Assembly (NCBI GenBank): GCA_012295275.1
Contig: CM022671.1
Location: 17,608,001 to 17,672,000, forward strand
Reading direction: 5' to 3'
Length of the DNA stretch: 64,000 nucleotides
Source of the DNA: Chrysomallon squamiferum
Taxonomy: Eukaryota; Animalia; Mollusca
The position numbers and the translations under genes are program-made. The stretch's first letter is position 1. Each line of letters starts with the position of its first letter. The notes beneath the pieces were generated by a model. That model did not search any database. It was not told where the DNA came from and worked only from the letters and a program-made list of their open reading frames with translations. Of this stretch, positions 13,522-28,275 are shown piece by piece.

Positions 13522-14036
13522 GTGTAAAAAGATAAAAAGAAGCCATACTGTCCTTCAACCGCAATAAATAAATAAAAATAATGTTATTAGCAATCTGTAC
13601 AGTCTGGCAGCTGTGTTTTTCGTCATTTTAGTAGACAAAACCTAAATCTTTTATTTGTTTCGTTTTTTGTTTTATTATTTTTATTTTATATATATTTTTT
13701 ATATTTTTATTTTATTTTATTTTCAAGTCAAAAGCTATCTTCACTTACAAAATAGTGACTTAATTGTAGCAGGCGACAAAAGTTACAAAAATAGTTATTG
13801 CCGCAGGGAGAATGCATCAACAAAGAAATAATTAATCATTAATGATACAAAACAAATCAATCGAATTAACAAGAATTTTAATTATTTTAAATGCTTTTCG
13901 CGTCTCTCGTTTTCTTTCATGTACTCTTAGCGCACGTTTTCCCTATTTTTGCTTCTTAAAATCGTGAAAGCTTAATTCAGTGAAATTATTTTGACGCCAG
14001 TGAATCTAGGATATTTATTTATTTGTTTTCTATATC

Positions 14037-14056
14037 AATCTATCTATCTACCTATG

Positions 14057-14119
<63 letters not shown>

Positions 14120-14237
14120 ATGTCTGACTGCCTGCCTTTCTGTCTATATATCTATATGTCTATCTGTTTATCTAACTACCTACCTGTCTGTTTCTCTGTC
14201 TATCTATCTACCTATCTATCTATCTATCTATCTATCC

Positions 14238-14274
<37 letters not shown>

Positions 14275-14350
14275 CCTATCTATCTATCTACCTGTCTACC
14301 TATTTACCTACCTATCCGTCAATCAATCTATCTGTCTGTCTGTCTGTCTG
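14037..14350. repeat. Interrupted (TATC)n/(TGTC)n tetranucleotide microsatellite
   Basis: Directly visible. Confidence 0.93.
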
Positions 14351-14942
14351 ACTATCTTAATTATAAACAAAACTGTACAATACGAATGAAAAAAAAAAAC
14401 TATGAATCTTTAGTTATATATATAGAGAGAGACATTTATTCTGTGACACAGAGTTTGTATATGTAAGTATGAATGTATGTATGTATAATATGTATGTATG
14501 TATGTTTGTAATGTATGTATGTATATGTCTGTCTATGTATTTGTTGTCTGTCTGTGTGTGTGTACGTGTGTTTGTCTCCCGCTTATCCGGTTTTAAGAAT
14601 TTAACAAGATTGTGTTCCACATATATAACGAAACTAATAAAGATATATATGTGATGTTTTGACTTGAAAATAAAGACAAGAAAATTACATTTCTTATTTC
14701 TTTTATTTCAAATCCGATTTAGTCTTATGTTATTCTTTTCGTCTCAACATAAAAGAGAAAGGGAAATTAAAAGAAATAATGGTTTGTTTTCTATTTCAAG
14801 TAAAGTTTTCTTATTTACCAAGAATATTAACCAGCAGGGGATAATTAATTTCACAGTCTGCTGTTTCCGTTCGTTTCATTTATTAGCGTGTAATGATTAT
14901 TTTCAAAGTATGTGACTAAGTATTACTTAAAAAAAAAAAAAT

Positions 14943-15321
14943 GAATACATTACACTATTATAATTTTCTGTTTTACTGTATTGTATTCACTGTACTGTAT
15001 TGTATTCCGTTGTACTGTGTAATACTGTATTATAATTTTCTGTTTTACCGTATTGTATTTCACTGTACTATATTGTATTCCTTTGTACTATATAATAAAT
15101 ATTGCATTGTAATTTTCTATTGTGATGTATTGTACTTCAGTGTACTTTGTTGTATTCCGTTGTACTGTACAATATTGCATTTTAATTTTCTGCCTGAATT
15201 GTATAAATTTTCGTGTTTCTAATTTTAATACCTGTCAGTTGCATTTGGTAGATTAATAAAAGATTTAACCTAATGTTTGTTTTTAAAGCTGGGCTGTTTT
15301 ATTATTACTAATACTTAATTA

Positions 15322-15360
<39 letters not shown>

Positions 15361-15443
15361 ATGAACAAACAAACTAATTAATTAATTTATTAATTCATAC
15401 ATATAAAAAGAATAAAAGAAAGAAAGAAGGTATAGATAAAAAC

Positions 15444-15531
<88 letters not shown>

Positions 15532-15543
15532 CATCTTACACTA
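14943..15543 (+). mobile_element. Composite dispersed repeat copy 3 (monomer) flanked by 15/17-bp direct repeats
   Basis: Same architecture as copies 1 and 2. Left end gaatacattacacta (14943-14957), right end gaatacatcttacacta (15527-15543). Confidence 0.8.
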
Positions 15544-15629
15544 AATCAAGTCATTGTCTTTATAAAACACCAGATTAACTACGATTAACGACAGTTCATT
15601 TAACGAGAAAGGAAGTATGATTCACACAC

Positions 15630-15790
15630 GCAATACGCTTTTCCTTTTCCGAATAGCAACAACAAACACCTTATGTACACCTTCCCATAAACACAAAAAA
15701 AAAAAAAAAAAAAAAAAACACGGCTATTGATAAACCAGTAACAGAACACTGTGCGGTATGCAGAAATATCCAGTAATCTATTAAACAGCT
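15630..15790 (-). mobile_element. Degenerate SINE-like relic, related to 25270-25410
   Basis: Shares ttgataaaccagt (15727-15739 vs 25342-25354) followed by gaaatatcc (15763-15771 vs 25361-25369). The resemblance to gastropod tRNA-derived SINE cores is from recollection and is unverified. Confidence 0.4.
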
Positions 15791-15962
15791 ATTCACAGTA
15801 TGGACAAGATGTGCTATAACACGTGTTCTTTTTATTTATTTTATTTTTCAATTTATGGTCATTTGTATGATTGAAACAGCATCTGCGTCCAGTAACAAAG
15901 GTTAAATTAGAACGCTTGAGTGGAACAGAAAGTTTAGAGTTTGGTCACATTAACATATGTTT

Positions 15963-15963
15963 G

Positions 15964-16014
<51 letters not shown>

Positions 16015-16035
16015 GGTGGTTTGGGTGTGGGGGTT

Positions 16036-16130
<95 letters not shown>
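15963..16130. repeat. (GT)n followed by (GA)n compound microsatellite
   Basis: Directly visible. Confidence 0.95.
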
Positions 16131-16133
<3 letters not shown>

Positions 16134-16464
16134 CAAATATGCAGACTAAGAACATAATTGTTGCAAAATGTGAAATTTTCAACACGCACACAGTCACACA
16201 CATATGTATTGAATCAATAAGCGCTAGATTTCCCTGTTTAATATAAAAATGGGTTTTCGTTTCTAATGTCAGTTTTAGGTCATTAATCATCCATTCCTCT
16301 TATTTCTTTACATTATCGTTTCTGTTTACTAATACTCATTTTGAATTTCATTTATTAATATAAACTTTATATAATCAATTGACTATTATCAGAGAATGCA
16401 CGCATTTCATTTACTTCTTTTTACCAGCAATCTTTCTACTGTCTTTAAAAGTTTATCGTTGGAA

Positions 16465-16715
16465 TGTTTTTGGAATGTTCTGTAAAACACTGATTTCAGT
16501 TCTGTTCGTTGCTTTTGAAGTCTTTTTAGAATGTTGTTTTCAATATTTTCAAAATGCTGTGTTTTCAGTACCTACAGAATGCTGTTTTCAATAGCTTTAG
16601 GAAAATATTTTCAATATCTTTTACTCTTTAATATATTACTTTCAATCTATATTTACTACACTGTCGTTTCCGATACCTTTACAACGCTGATTTTCATATC
16701 TTTTTAGAATACTAT
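16465..16715. repeat. Decayed short-period (~25-30 bp) tandem repeat
   Basis: Recurrent agaatgctgttttcaata(t)cttt-like units, e.g. around 16528-16545 and 16576-16595. Confidence 0.5.
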
Positions 16716-17257
16716 ATTACACTATTTCTAGCCTATTGTCCTTTATTGTTATATTACAGCCAACACTTTGACCATGTGGGTCAAATACCGCAGTTAATAA
16801 AATTATTGTGCCAGCATTACCACTTGACAATCGATGCATTACACCGTTCAATCCGCTTCCAAGATAAAAACTTTCTACACCCGGTCTATATACTGTGGCC
16901 TTGGTTTAATGCTTTCCCCATCCGGTGTGGCGTTTGTTTAATTACAAGACTCGACAAATATCAAAAGCCTCGTCCATCAAAGTCAATTAATACTAAACAA
17001 ACAGCGCCTACGTGTTGAGATATTGGCTTACCTTCATTACACGTTGTGGAGGCACGTACAGACGCCGCGATATCGAGTTTAATAGTTCTGACGTTCTTGT
17101 CTCTTAATTTATTATCTCTAACAGCATCAGCCGTGATCGGTCGGGCTAAAGACCAGCAGGCCGGGATCGAAACTCGGCAGAGGTTCTGTTACAATCAGGT
17201 GACTGGAGAGGTCTAAAGATAACTATAATCCTTTATTTTTGGAGAAATGGTAAACCG

Positions 17258-17288
<31 letters not shown>

Positions 17289-17661
17289 TACACACACATA
17301 TATAATTCTGGATTGTTGTAAACGGTTTAAACAATTTTAGAGAAGATTAATTCTTACATATCTGTTTGTTGAGGAAGGATTAATACCGTTTTATTTTTTT
17401 CTCTCTCTCTCTCTCTAATTAATCTCCTAAAACACAGGAGAAATAAAGTAATCAAATAAATGTATCGTGTGTCCAGGAGATACATGCTTGAACCTTCATT
17501 TGATGTCAGAATAATTAAAGGAGATGGAAATGGTTTGTCTTTTTATCTGTTTATTTTGTCTGAATTTAAATTCATAGCTGTAAATCAATGCTGAGCATTT
17601 TGCAATTCCTGAGAATGTTTACGTTTAAATGGACAGTACCAAATTATGTTATGAAAGGAAG

Positions 17662-17761
<100 letters not shown>

Positions 17762-19051
17762 CTATCTATCTCTCTTTAAATCCTTCTCTCTTTCTCTTCC
17801 TGTATTTTTCTCCTGTTTTTACATTCGTGTTACGTATGTGTGTACTCGTCTACATTTTCACTCAGCAACCCCGACGTACTGAAACCAGTTTGGACTTTAT
17901 CTGATGGTGACATTTGCAAACTGGTGTGCGCTGAGTAACACAGATGCAAACACAATTACGTGATGACGATAGGTAACACTCTGGGAGCAGTTTCTTTGCG
18001 TTATTCACTTTGTACATCGTTTTGAAAACAGTCGCGAGACCTGTTGTCTTCATAATCCCATTATTGTATCATAATGGGATTCACAATTAATATTACTAAA
18101 GAGAACTGATAATATAGAGAAAAATAACGTGACTGGATGAAAGGATGGATGGATGGATCGTTAACGGGAATACATCTAATTTATAGAGAAATCCATGTTA
18201 ATGTTAACTGTTGTTACATAGTAAAATCACACTTCAAATCTAATGGGTTTTTTGGTGCCAGTAACATCTACAGTTGTCACTTCTGTTATCATCTCTTTTC
18301 AACTAACGTTACTCCTGCCAATCCTGGTACTGCTATTACTACTACTACAACTTTAATAATAATTAATAAAATCAATAATAATAATAATAATAATAATAAT
18401 ACTAATATTAATAATAATACCACTACTATTATTATTGTTGTTGCTGTGGCAGCTGATTCAATTATTATTAATAATAGTAGTTGAGGTAATAGTAGTAGTA
18501 GTGGTAGTAGAGTAGCAGTAGTAATAGTAATAGCAGTAGTAGCAGCAGCAATAGTAGTAGTAACAGTAGTAACAGTGGTAGTAGAAATTATTGTTATTGT
18601 CTCATTTTTTTTTTTTTTTTTTTGTTTTTTGTTATTGCTGCTGCTGTTGCTACTGCAGATATTTTTATCGTCATCATTACTGCATTCAACCCACGCAGGC
18701 CGATTACTACCAATTACGACAACTGTAACAGTGAAAATGAACCACGACGACGTTGCCCTCTTGTTAGAGACGTTCTGTGTTTCTCGTTTACGACCTCCTC
18801 CTACGAAGCCGATCGAAGCTCAGCTGGAGAGCAGCGACTACGCAACTCGAGGAATAATTAAACCGGTTCTGTGAATGATATAAAACTAATACACAATTGA
18901 TTAAAGCCACCTGTCACATGTATTAATTTATTCCGTTAGTCTGAATTATGCTGGTTATGTTCGCAATAAATAGTTTAATAGCAAAACAAGCGAATTCATC
19001 ATCGACAAATGACTACTGCCGATCCCTGAATAAATGAAGGAACACGTATAT

Positions 19052-19096
<45 letters not shown>

Positions 19097-19734
19097 TTTA
19101 TATATATATATGTTCAGTAGCGTCTGAGTGAAAAGCTTTAAATAAGATTTCTGTAATTGATTGAGCATATAAACTAAAAACCAAAAGAGTGATATAAATT
19201 TTCATTAATCTTCATTTTATGCGTTGAAATAAATTATTAAAAAGCACATACATGTAACTTATGCACGTACACATTCTTGAATATCATGTATATATGTATG
19301 TATGTATGTATGTATAATATAATATAATATAATATAATATAATGCATATGTACTGTATGCGTTTACTATATATAAGATTAGTAGGTCAATATCTTTTTTA
19401 AGGCGTTTAATAAATTTCTTATTATTTTCCGCATCTATTTTCGCTGTTAATGTTACCACAGAAACGTAAGATGGCTGATGATCCGAAAGCTGACCTACAT
19501 TCGTTTTACATTTATAATTCTCTGTTCCATCATTTACAAAGTCTCAGAAATCGAGATCATCAAACTGGAGATATTAACTTGAGAGGGCTGGGAAATCGAA
19601 GTCCTGTACAAATCAAAACTGGCCCCGTTCTTGAAGGTTCATATCTTTTATTTACATCTATGAAGTCTTGTCAAGCCTCCGTGAAAGTAATTTTATGGTA
19701 AGTGACTGCTTACGTGCTACACCATCAACGCTGT

Positions 19735-19997
<263 letters not shown>

Positions 19998-22589
19998 AAT
20001 GTGGGAGGGAGGGGCAGAGAGAGAGATGGAGAGAGGCCGACAGACAGAAAGAAGGAAAACGGTTAAATTAAAGAAAGAAACAATGAAAGAAAGAAAGAAA
20101 GAAAAAAGAAAGAACGGGACAGAAATGAAACAGAATGAAAGAATAAACACAGCAAGTAGTATTTTTTATTACTAATTCTTATACATTTATATAAAATTCT
20201 CTCATCCATTAATTCATTACTGTATTCCTACTATTCCATCCATTTATTTGTATCAGAATAGGAATATACATATATATATATATATATTTATACATATCTT
20301 GCTGCTAATCATGGAATGGAGATAACAGATTTCCGTTCTTATTTATTTCTAATTTATTTACTTACGTACGTACATACGTACTTCGTACTTAATTAATTAC
20401 TTATTTATTCAGTTTTCGACGTGCATGGAAATTTGTTATACAGGCAAAGTTTAGTCTTTTATAATCTTTAATCAAGATTATTTCTGTTTTCCTACAGCAT
20501 GCCATTATCTACCAGCCGCTGGTTAACATAATCTTTGTCATCGATTTGGGTATTTTATATGACTAACTATGCAAACATTTTTGTCCTATTTTTTTTTTTT
20601 TTTTTTTTTGTGTATTGTATTTGTAGCATTCGTATTTGTTCATTATGTATATATGATGTTGGGTACGCTCATATCATGTTTTTCGTGATTTTGTCACGTT
20701 TTGTGTATCCGAGTTTTGAGAATTTTGATTCCCCCCCACACACACACCAAGCTATCTGTAATGAATATCTAGGTTAATAAGTTAATTAATCTGTACCAGT
20801 TTTATTTTTTATTTATCTACTTACATACTTACTTATTTACTTACATATTTATTTATTTATTTACTTACTTATTTATTTACTTACTTATGTATTTATTTAT
20901 TTACTTACTTATTTACTTATTTATTTAATTACTTACTTACTTACTTACTTATTTAGTTATTTATTTATATACGTATTAACTTCTTTAACAGTTTTTTATT
21001 GTCATTGGTTTGTGTTAAATTAAACGAAGTTAATTCCATTAACATTTCTTGAAGATTTGCGTAGCGTTTCTTGAAGTTAAAATACAGTAAGAATTACAAT
21101 TAAATAATAATAACAATACTGAATTAATTTTTATTAGTAAAAGGTACGGTAAATGCAGTTAAAACTGCACAGCCAAAATCTACAAAATAACTTTTACATT
21201 ATTTTGGTTCACCACCGCGAATTTTATTTTAAGATCTATAATTTAATTTACAATACTGTCATAACGTAAACATTTATTTTTAAAAATGATTTACTGAACT
21301 GTCAACAAAACCAGAGCAGAATAACTGGAATGAACTTAGATGAAATCTCGCCGAGCTTTTAACAAAATAGAAAAATAAAATTTGTTTAACGTGTTTGTTT
21401 ATTTTAATCATAATATTTCAACCTTAGCTGAAGCCGTTAACTTTGAATTTTTCATTTCTTTTCTTTCTTTATTTTCATTTTTTTTTCTTTTTTTCTCTTA
21501 TTTATTTATTTATTTATATTATTTGATTTTATTTGATTTTCTTGCTTATTTTACGATTTATTCTGCGATTGGTAAACTCTCAACATGGTTTAACGGACTA
21601 CACTGACTGGAAATTAACTCTGAAATACAAGATAATCACAGAAAATCATTTTCACAGATAACAAAGTAAAATTAGGGTACATTTTGTTTATTTCAGCAGT
21701 GTGCCACAGCTGGAATGGATTTATCTGGACTTATAAAAATAAAAAAAATAAAAATTCAAAACATGTAATCGTCAATGGCGGATTGGTATTTGAGGAAAGA
21801 GGATGAAGTCAGTTTTGTTGTAAAGAAACATGGCTGTGGTTAGGAGTGGGGAGAAAACATGAACTGAAAAAAGACCTTGGGAATTATACCCTTTACAAGA
21901 TCCGAGTGCTTTAAATTATTAACTTTTATATACATAAATACATACATACATACATACATACAAAAACAAACATTCATAAATACATATACATACATACATA
22001 CATACATACATACATACATACATACATACATACATAGATACATACATACATACATACACACATTTATACATACATACGTACAGACATATATACACACACA
22101 TATATTCATACAAAACATGATTTCTTCATTATATTTTTAAACTATTGAAACTTTGAGTAAACACTGCATCCAGCCTTTCTTGTTTTTTGTAGTTTTTTTG
22201 TTGTTGTTTTCTTTTTTCACATTAACTTGATCGTCGGAAAAGAACGACGTACAGAAATGAAATACTTAATCAAGTACTGTCGACACAAGCAAGTACAAAA
22301 ACATCAGCAGTGCAAATAGGAAATCAACTGTTAAGATTATTTCAAACCTATTTATTTTTTATTTTTTTTTTTTTTTTTTTTTCTATTTTACTGTATTATA
22401 ATGTTGTATAGTGTGTCCGTGGATCTTTGTTTCAGCTGTTGAGGCTAAGCGATGAAGGAAATCAAAAAAAAAAAAAACTTTTCGTGACCAATCCAATGTA
22501 AAAACATCAATCGATGATTATATTTCCTTATTTCCTTGGGGAAAGAAAACCGGTAATAAATATCGTCGTTGTATTTATGCTTTGTAAAC

Positions 22590-23010
22590 AATATTACCAC
22601 GTCAAAGGCAATAACGTGATTTTTTGGACCCAGTGGCAAAATTTTGGCGCCATTTTTAGAACGACTTCTCTCACGAAATGCCAGTCTGCGCATGCGTTAA
22701 TTTACGAACTGGGCCACGAGGTGACTGCGCCGGAGAAGTCGGATCTTTCGGCGGTGTCACCTCGCAATGGGGCCCCCTCTTCTGTGGTGTGTGCAGTATT
22801 AAACACAATTAAACATATCGCCGACAGAATTCCTTCGGATGTTAAAGCGTATTGATCTGCTTTGCTTTTTCTGCCTCGTCTAACCGTTTCCCGGTGTCGG
22901 CCATAAAATGTTATCGCCATGATAATGCCCTGTCTATTCCGTCTCGCAGATTTCGTCTTAACGTTATCGTCTGTGCCGGGATAATACAGACGATATTTTC
23001 GCAGTCTTCG
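22590..23010 (-). promoter_or_regulatory. CpG-rich island with NRF1/Ewg-like and YY1-like motifs oriented toward Shal
   Basis: TGCGCATGCG at 22687-22696. CGCCATTTT at 22648-22656 (AAAATGGCG on minus). Confidence 0.35.
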
Positions 23011-23392
23011 ACATTTACGATTACAACACAGATGAGATTTATTTGTTCTTTCAGTTCCTAGTAGAACGTAGGTCATGATGGCTTTGCTAAACATAGACAA
23101 GAAAATAAAAGCAAAAAAAAAAAAAAAAAAAAAGAAAGAGAAATTTATTCTCTTGATAATCTGTTATAGATTTCTGCAACACCAAGATACGTTGGAAGGG
23201 CAGAAGTAATTGAAATCTCTTAAATTTTCTTGTTATCTGATACGTGTTTTTGTCTTTGGCGAGGATGCTGTGGTTCCTGTGTCGTCCTGCATGTTGGCTG
23301 TTAAACATTTTGAATACATCAAACAATGATTTCTTCCTATGATCTATGATGCTTCATAAACGTTTTGAAACTGTATATACACATATAAGTGT

Positions 23393-23505
23393 GTTTATAC
23401 ACACATACACTAAGAATTCACAAATATATACACATACACACACACATATTCACACACATACACTAAGTATTCACAAAAAATATTTGTGTTTGTGTGTGGT
23501 GTATA

Positions 23506-23547
<42 letters not shown>

Positions 23548-23699
23548 GAACGTATGCAAATGCATTTATATATATATATATATTGGAACGGTAAAACATA
23601 AATTTTTTGTGAATACTTAGTGTGTGTGTGTGTGTGTGTGTGTTGTGAATTCTTATGTATATGTATGTGATATATGTATATATATATATATATATAAAC
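23393..23699. repeat. Fold-back (inverted repeat) element, MITE-like
   Basis: cactaagtattcacaaaaaa (23461-23480) is the exact reverse complement of 23603-23622. taagaattcacaa (23411-23423) pairs with 23643-23655. Confidence 0.75.
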
Positions 23700-24595
23700 T
23701 AGGTCTCGTAATAAATATACACATGTTAATTTGTTGTGGTTTATGTGTTAACATTACTGACAATTTAACATAATTCATTTTAAAGTTTCCATCAACTCCT
23801 TAATACAAAATATATTACACAAACAAACAAATAAATAAATAAAAAAACAACACACAAACAAATAAACAAACAAACCCACACACAAACAAACAAAAAAAAA
23901 AAAAAAAAGCACAACAAGTCACAAGTGATCTTTAATGGGAAAAGCAAGTGTTGGTGTATCACGTAACACAACAGTCTACGGACACTTTCTGAAACTTTCA
24001 TTCATGAATAATAAATCTGTCCATATAGCCTCTCCAGCCGAGATACATGAATTAAGATGTTCGTGTTACGTGTACGAAACTAATAAGCCGACCAGCATTA
24101 AACAAAAGAATACTTGATGTCGTCTAGAGAATACACAGGACAGTTAAATTAGATTAAAATATTTCACAAAGTTTTGTTGCCTAAAGAGATAAGAAAAAAA
24201 TATTATGCTGAGATAAAATAATGGTCCCGGCCTACTTTTCAGATGGTGTAAGCTATAAAAAATTTTTTTAAAAAAATAGAAAAAAAAAAAAAAAAATAGA
24301 AAAGAAAGGAAGGTATTATAGTTTTGAAATTATGAACGAATATCTAAAAACAAAATATTTTACGATTACCAACTCAACAATATATTTGAATAATACTTAA
24401 TTTGCACAGTAATAAATGAAAGAAGGAATTAAATAAATTATTAAATAAATAATTAACTATGCTATGTATTGTTCAGTTATTTATATATTTCATCTTTTAA
24501 TAGAAAATAATAAGAATATAAAAATTTACAAGAGAGATCAAACTCATTACTCCGGCGAATATACAATTTATAGAGCAAAGATAGTAGATATGTGT

Positions 24596-24636
<41 letters not shown>

Positions 24637-24707
24637 TGTTGTGGTTATATATGTACGTATGAATGTATGTATATGTGTTTATGTATGTTTCTCTATGTAT
24701 GTGTGTG

Positions 24708-24764
<57 letters not shown>

Positions 24765-24941
24765 GTAATCTGAGATACTGTTCAAGTCATTTTCTTCAGT
24801 TCTGAATACAAATTCGTATAATTAACTCAGTGTCACCGCAAATCATGCTATTTAGGGTCCTACTGTTAACACACCACGAAACATACTAAACATACTATAC
24901 ATACTATTCCTGGGCTTCTCTGCTTAGTTTTACACATACCT

Positions 24942-25041
<100 letters not shown>

Positions 25042-25269
25042 ATGACAGAGGTAGAGGGAGAAAGAAAATATGTTCTCATTCTTGTCTTTAATGTTAATGA
25101 GACTAGCTAGAGTTAATCCTATTGGCCCGACAAACGTTTTCACTGAATTTACCTGTTTGTACTGAGGTGAAAGAATGAAGTGCCGCAGAGGACACGGAAA
25201 CACCTGAAAGCTTAGAATTAATACGGCCATGTGTAAAGTGATGAATACACGATGACTGTACAACGATGG

Positions 25270-25410
25270 AGGCACGCCACGAACTGTTCTTACGCAGAAA
25301 CGGATCTTTAGTATGTATAGACCCAAGTACAGGAAAGTCATTTGATAAACCAGTTATCTGGAAATATCCCAAATGGTCAATCGATTGGTATTGATCTTGC
25401 AACCATTATA
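25270..25410 (-). mobile_element. Degenerate SINE-like relic
   Basis: Shared blocks with 15630-15790, and a ggatcttt..tat segment similar to ggaatctttttatt at ~39982. Confidence 0.4.
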
Positions 25411-26335
25411 CCTCTTTCAGGACCATGATCCCATTTCCTATTACAAAGGTAACGATATTAATTTATATGTATATATATATATATATATATAATCAATGAT
25501 TAAAATTCAGAGCATTCATATGCAGCAGAAGATACCGTCTTCTGAATTAACATAGCTCTGAAGTGAAACAACTAGGCATGTTAGAACATTTCACCCAGTT
25601 TGTTTTATTTCTTTTAAAAGTAGCTAACAAATTATCAACGGCTGATGCCTTTTCTTGGTATGTAAGCAGACAGCTTTGGGCAAATCGATACGAAATAGGT
25701 AGGCTGGAAACGAGGCAGCACTTTCAGACAAATCTCTCGCCACGGTATTTCTGACAAATTTGGTCTGACCTTTGGGATTTTCTGTGTCGTTATTACTAAA
25801 CAAACTTCACTGGAAGACGTGGCAGCGTGATGGCTAGCAGAGGACGCCAACACGGGAAGAAATTCAGTTTAGTGTCAAAATCGATAGAAATTGGTTTGAT
25901 ACGCCACTGGAAACAAAACATTTTATTGCTTTCTCGCTTTCTCCCGCGGAAAGTTTATTTGATTTGAACGGTTATCCAAACACCAACTGAACGATTTTTT
26001 TTTTTTTTTTTCTTACCGTGACGATTATTATTATTATTCCTTTTTTTCTCTCTCTCTCTCTCTATATATATATACACGTGTGAGTGTCGTGTAAAAGGAT
26101 ATGATGTGAATGTTTAACAAGTGGTAAGTGTGATTCGTGTCACTCTCAGGACTTTGAGAATTGTTCTGCATATTCGCGTGACCCGGGGCAAGGTCAGCTT
26201 GGCCTGTTTTTTTTTTTTTTTCTTGTTTTTTTTTTTTTTTTTTTTTTTATAAAATCAGAATAGTAACTGAATTACGAATGTGTGTATCATCACCCTGCTG
26301 TCTTTAAATATCTTTCAAATTCTACCTTTTCGTTG

Positions 26336-26366
<31 letters not shown>

Positions 26367-26849
26367 CAAGCTGAATAATGCAAATTTGGTAAGTTACGAT
26401 CATATGATAATGCATGATTTGTATTATACTGATTATAACATTTTAACCATTTCCAGTCATTTGAATAATTTTCTTAAAACTAATTAATGAATTAAAACTG
26501 GTTAGTGCTGGTTATTGGGACGTAGATGACATATCATGATGTACGACGGCTCTTTATCCAAAAATAATCTGACGCTGTATTATAGAGTTTTGTCTGAATC
26601 GCAGAAATTAGCTAAACTTTCCAAGAACTGACTTTGAGACTAATATTTATTTATTTATATATTTATTTATACCTTTTATCATGTTTATGTGAAAGTGTAA
26701 TGGTTACGTTAATTCGTTTATTTAATGTTTATGTAAAATTCGTTATAGATATATGTTTGTGTGTGTGTCTATACATATATATATATATATATATAAAATA
26801 TAGATAGATAGAGAGAGAGAGACAGAGACAGAGGCAGACAGACAGAGAT

Positions 26850-26933
<84 letters not shown>

Positions 26934-27240
26934 GTACACACAACAGTAGTTAGCTACTCATATTAACTGACATCAAGTTCAAATAATGTTATTCTTCTTG
27001 CAAATGACCCGCATTCATCTGCACTTTGATATTATCAACAGTCTTATTCGACCAAGTACACAATGAGCACTGAGTCAAACAGACCGATTTGAACAATCAT
27101 TTCTTTCACATTTTTCATCTACACTGGTCAACAGGCTGGTTAATATTACACAGTTAAATAAACATTTGTTTAATGACACCTCAGCGTAGATGGTTATTCA
27201 CGGTGTTTAAGACTCCGACATGTGATTTTGTTTTCATGTT

Positions 27241-27850
27241 ATTACGTAGATATAAAACAAATAGCTGACAAAAATTATAGGATATTTTTAATGTAGATTT
27301 TCCATTAAGTAGATACATAATATATAATACACAAAAATTAAGTAGAAGAAAAATTCAATAAGAAAAAATTAGTTTTTTAATTAAATAGATATAAAACAAT
27401 ACACAAAAATTACAGTATATTTTTATTTATTTTCTCAATTAAGTAGATATAAAACAAATAATGCACGAAAATTAAAATATATTTTAATTTTAGCTTTAAG
27501 TAGATTACAAAACAAAATAAAAATTATAATAATTTCTTCTGTTGTTTTTCCTTTATATAGATTAAAAGAAATTATAATAATGTACTTGTATATACATTTT
27601 ATTAATTACATATAAAACAAACAAAAAAGTAAAATATAAATTATAATAATTTTCCTTGGTAGCTTTTCCGTTGAAAAGAAATATATTAATTATCTTTTAT
27701 ATTTTTCTATTAAGACAAAAACTCTCAATAATTATAATATTTTTTCTGTAGTCTTTCCAATAACAAAACACATAAAAAAAAAAAAAAAAAACAAATAATT
27801 TTCTTTGGAAATCTTTATATTAACTAGATATAATTATCTTTGTAACCTTT
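27241..27850. repeat. Decayed AT-rich ~60-bp tandem repeat
   Basis: attaagtagatataaaacaaata...aaaatta recurs near 27241, 27304, 27380, 27438 and 27496, then fades. Confidence 0.65.
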
Positions 27851-28222
27851 TTTTTTCGTAACAAAACTGGAATCTTTTGCCTTTGGACAAACTTTTACGG
27901 TAAAAATCAAAAGTTGACAGATACAAACAGAAACATAATGAAATCCCAATCCCAACTTTATTTAAAACTGACATTTCTCAAGAATTATCTACTAACGCAT
28001 CGTTATTGTTCAGTTATTTCGTTTATTTTCGATGAATATGCGAGAAAAATCTAGTTCAATATTTTGTCAGACGATTAATCAAATAAATTCCGCAGTGACC
28101 AGAATATTTTAAATGTTTTATACAAATATGATAAAACAGCGAAAATACTGCTCTGCAACGTGCAGAAGACGATATTCTTGAAGCACACACACTCAAATAC
28201 ATATACATTGTTGTTATTATTA

Positions 28223-28275
<53 letters not shown>

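Noticed and set aside
17130-17190. tRNA gene
   Set aside because: Only a loose B-box-like GGATCGAAAC is present and no cloverleaf could be built. At most it is a SINE head relic.
22445-23100. Overlapping 69-132 aa ORFs in the 22.5-23.1 kb island (also 2394-2734, 11094-11645, 63046-63990)
   Set aside because: No recognisable protein motifs. The lengths are explained by locally higher GC.
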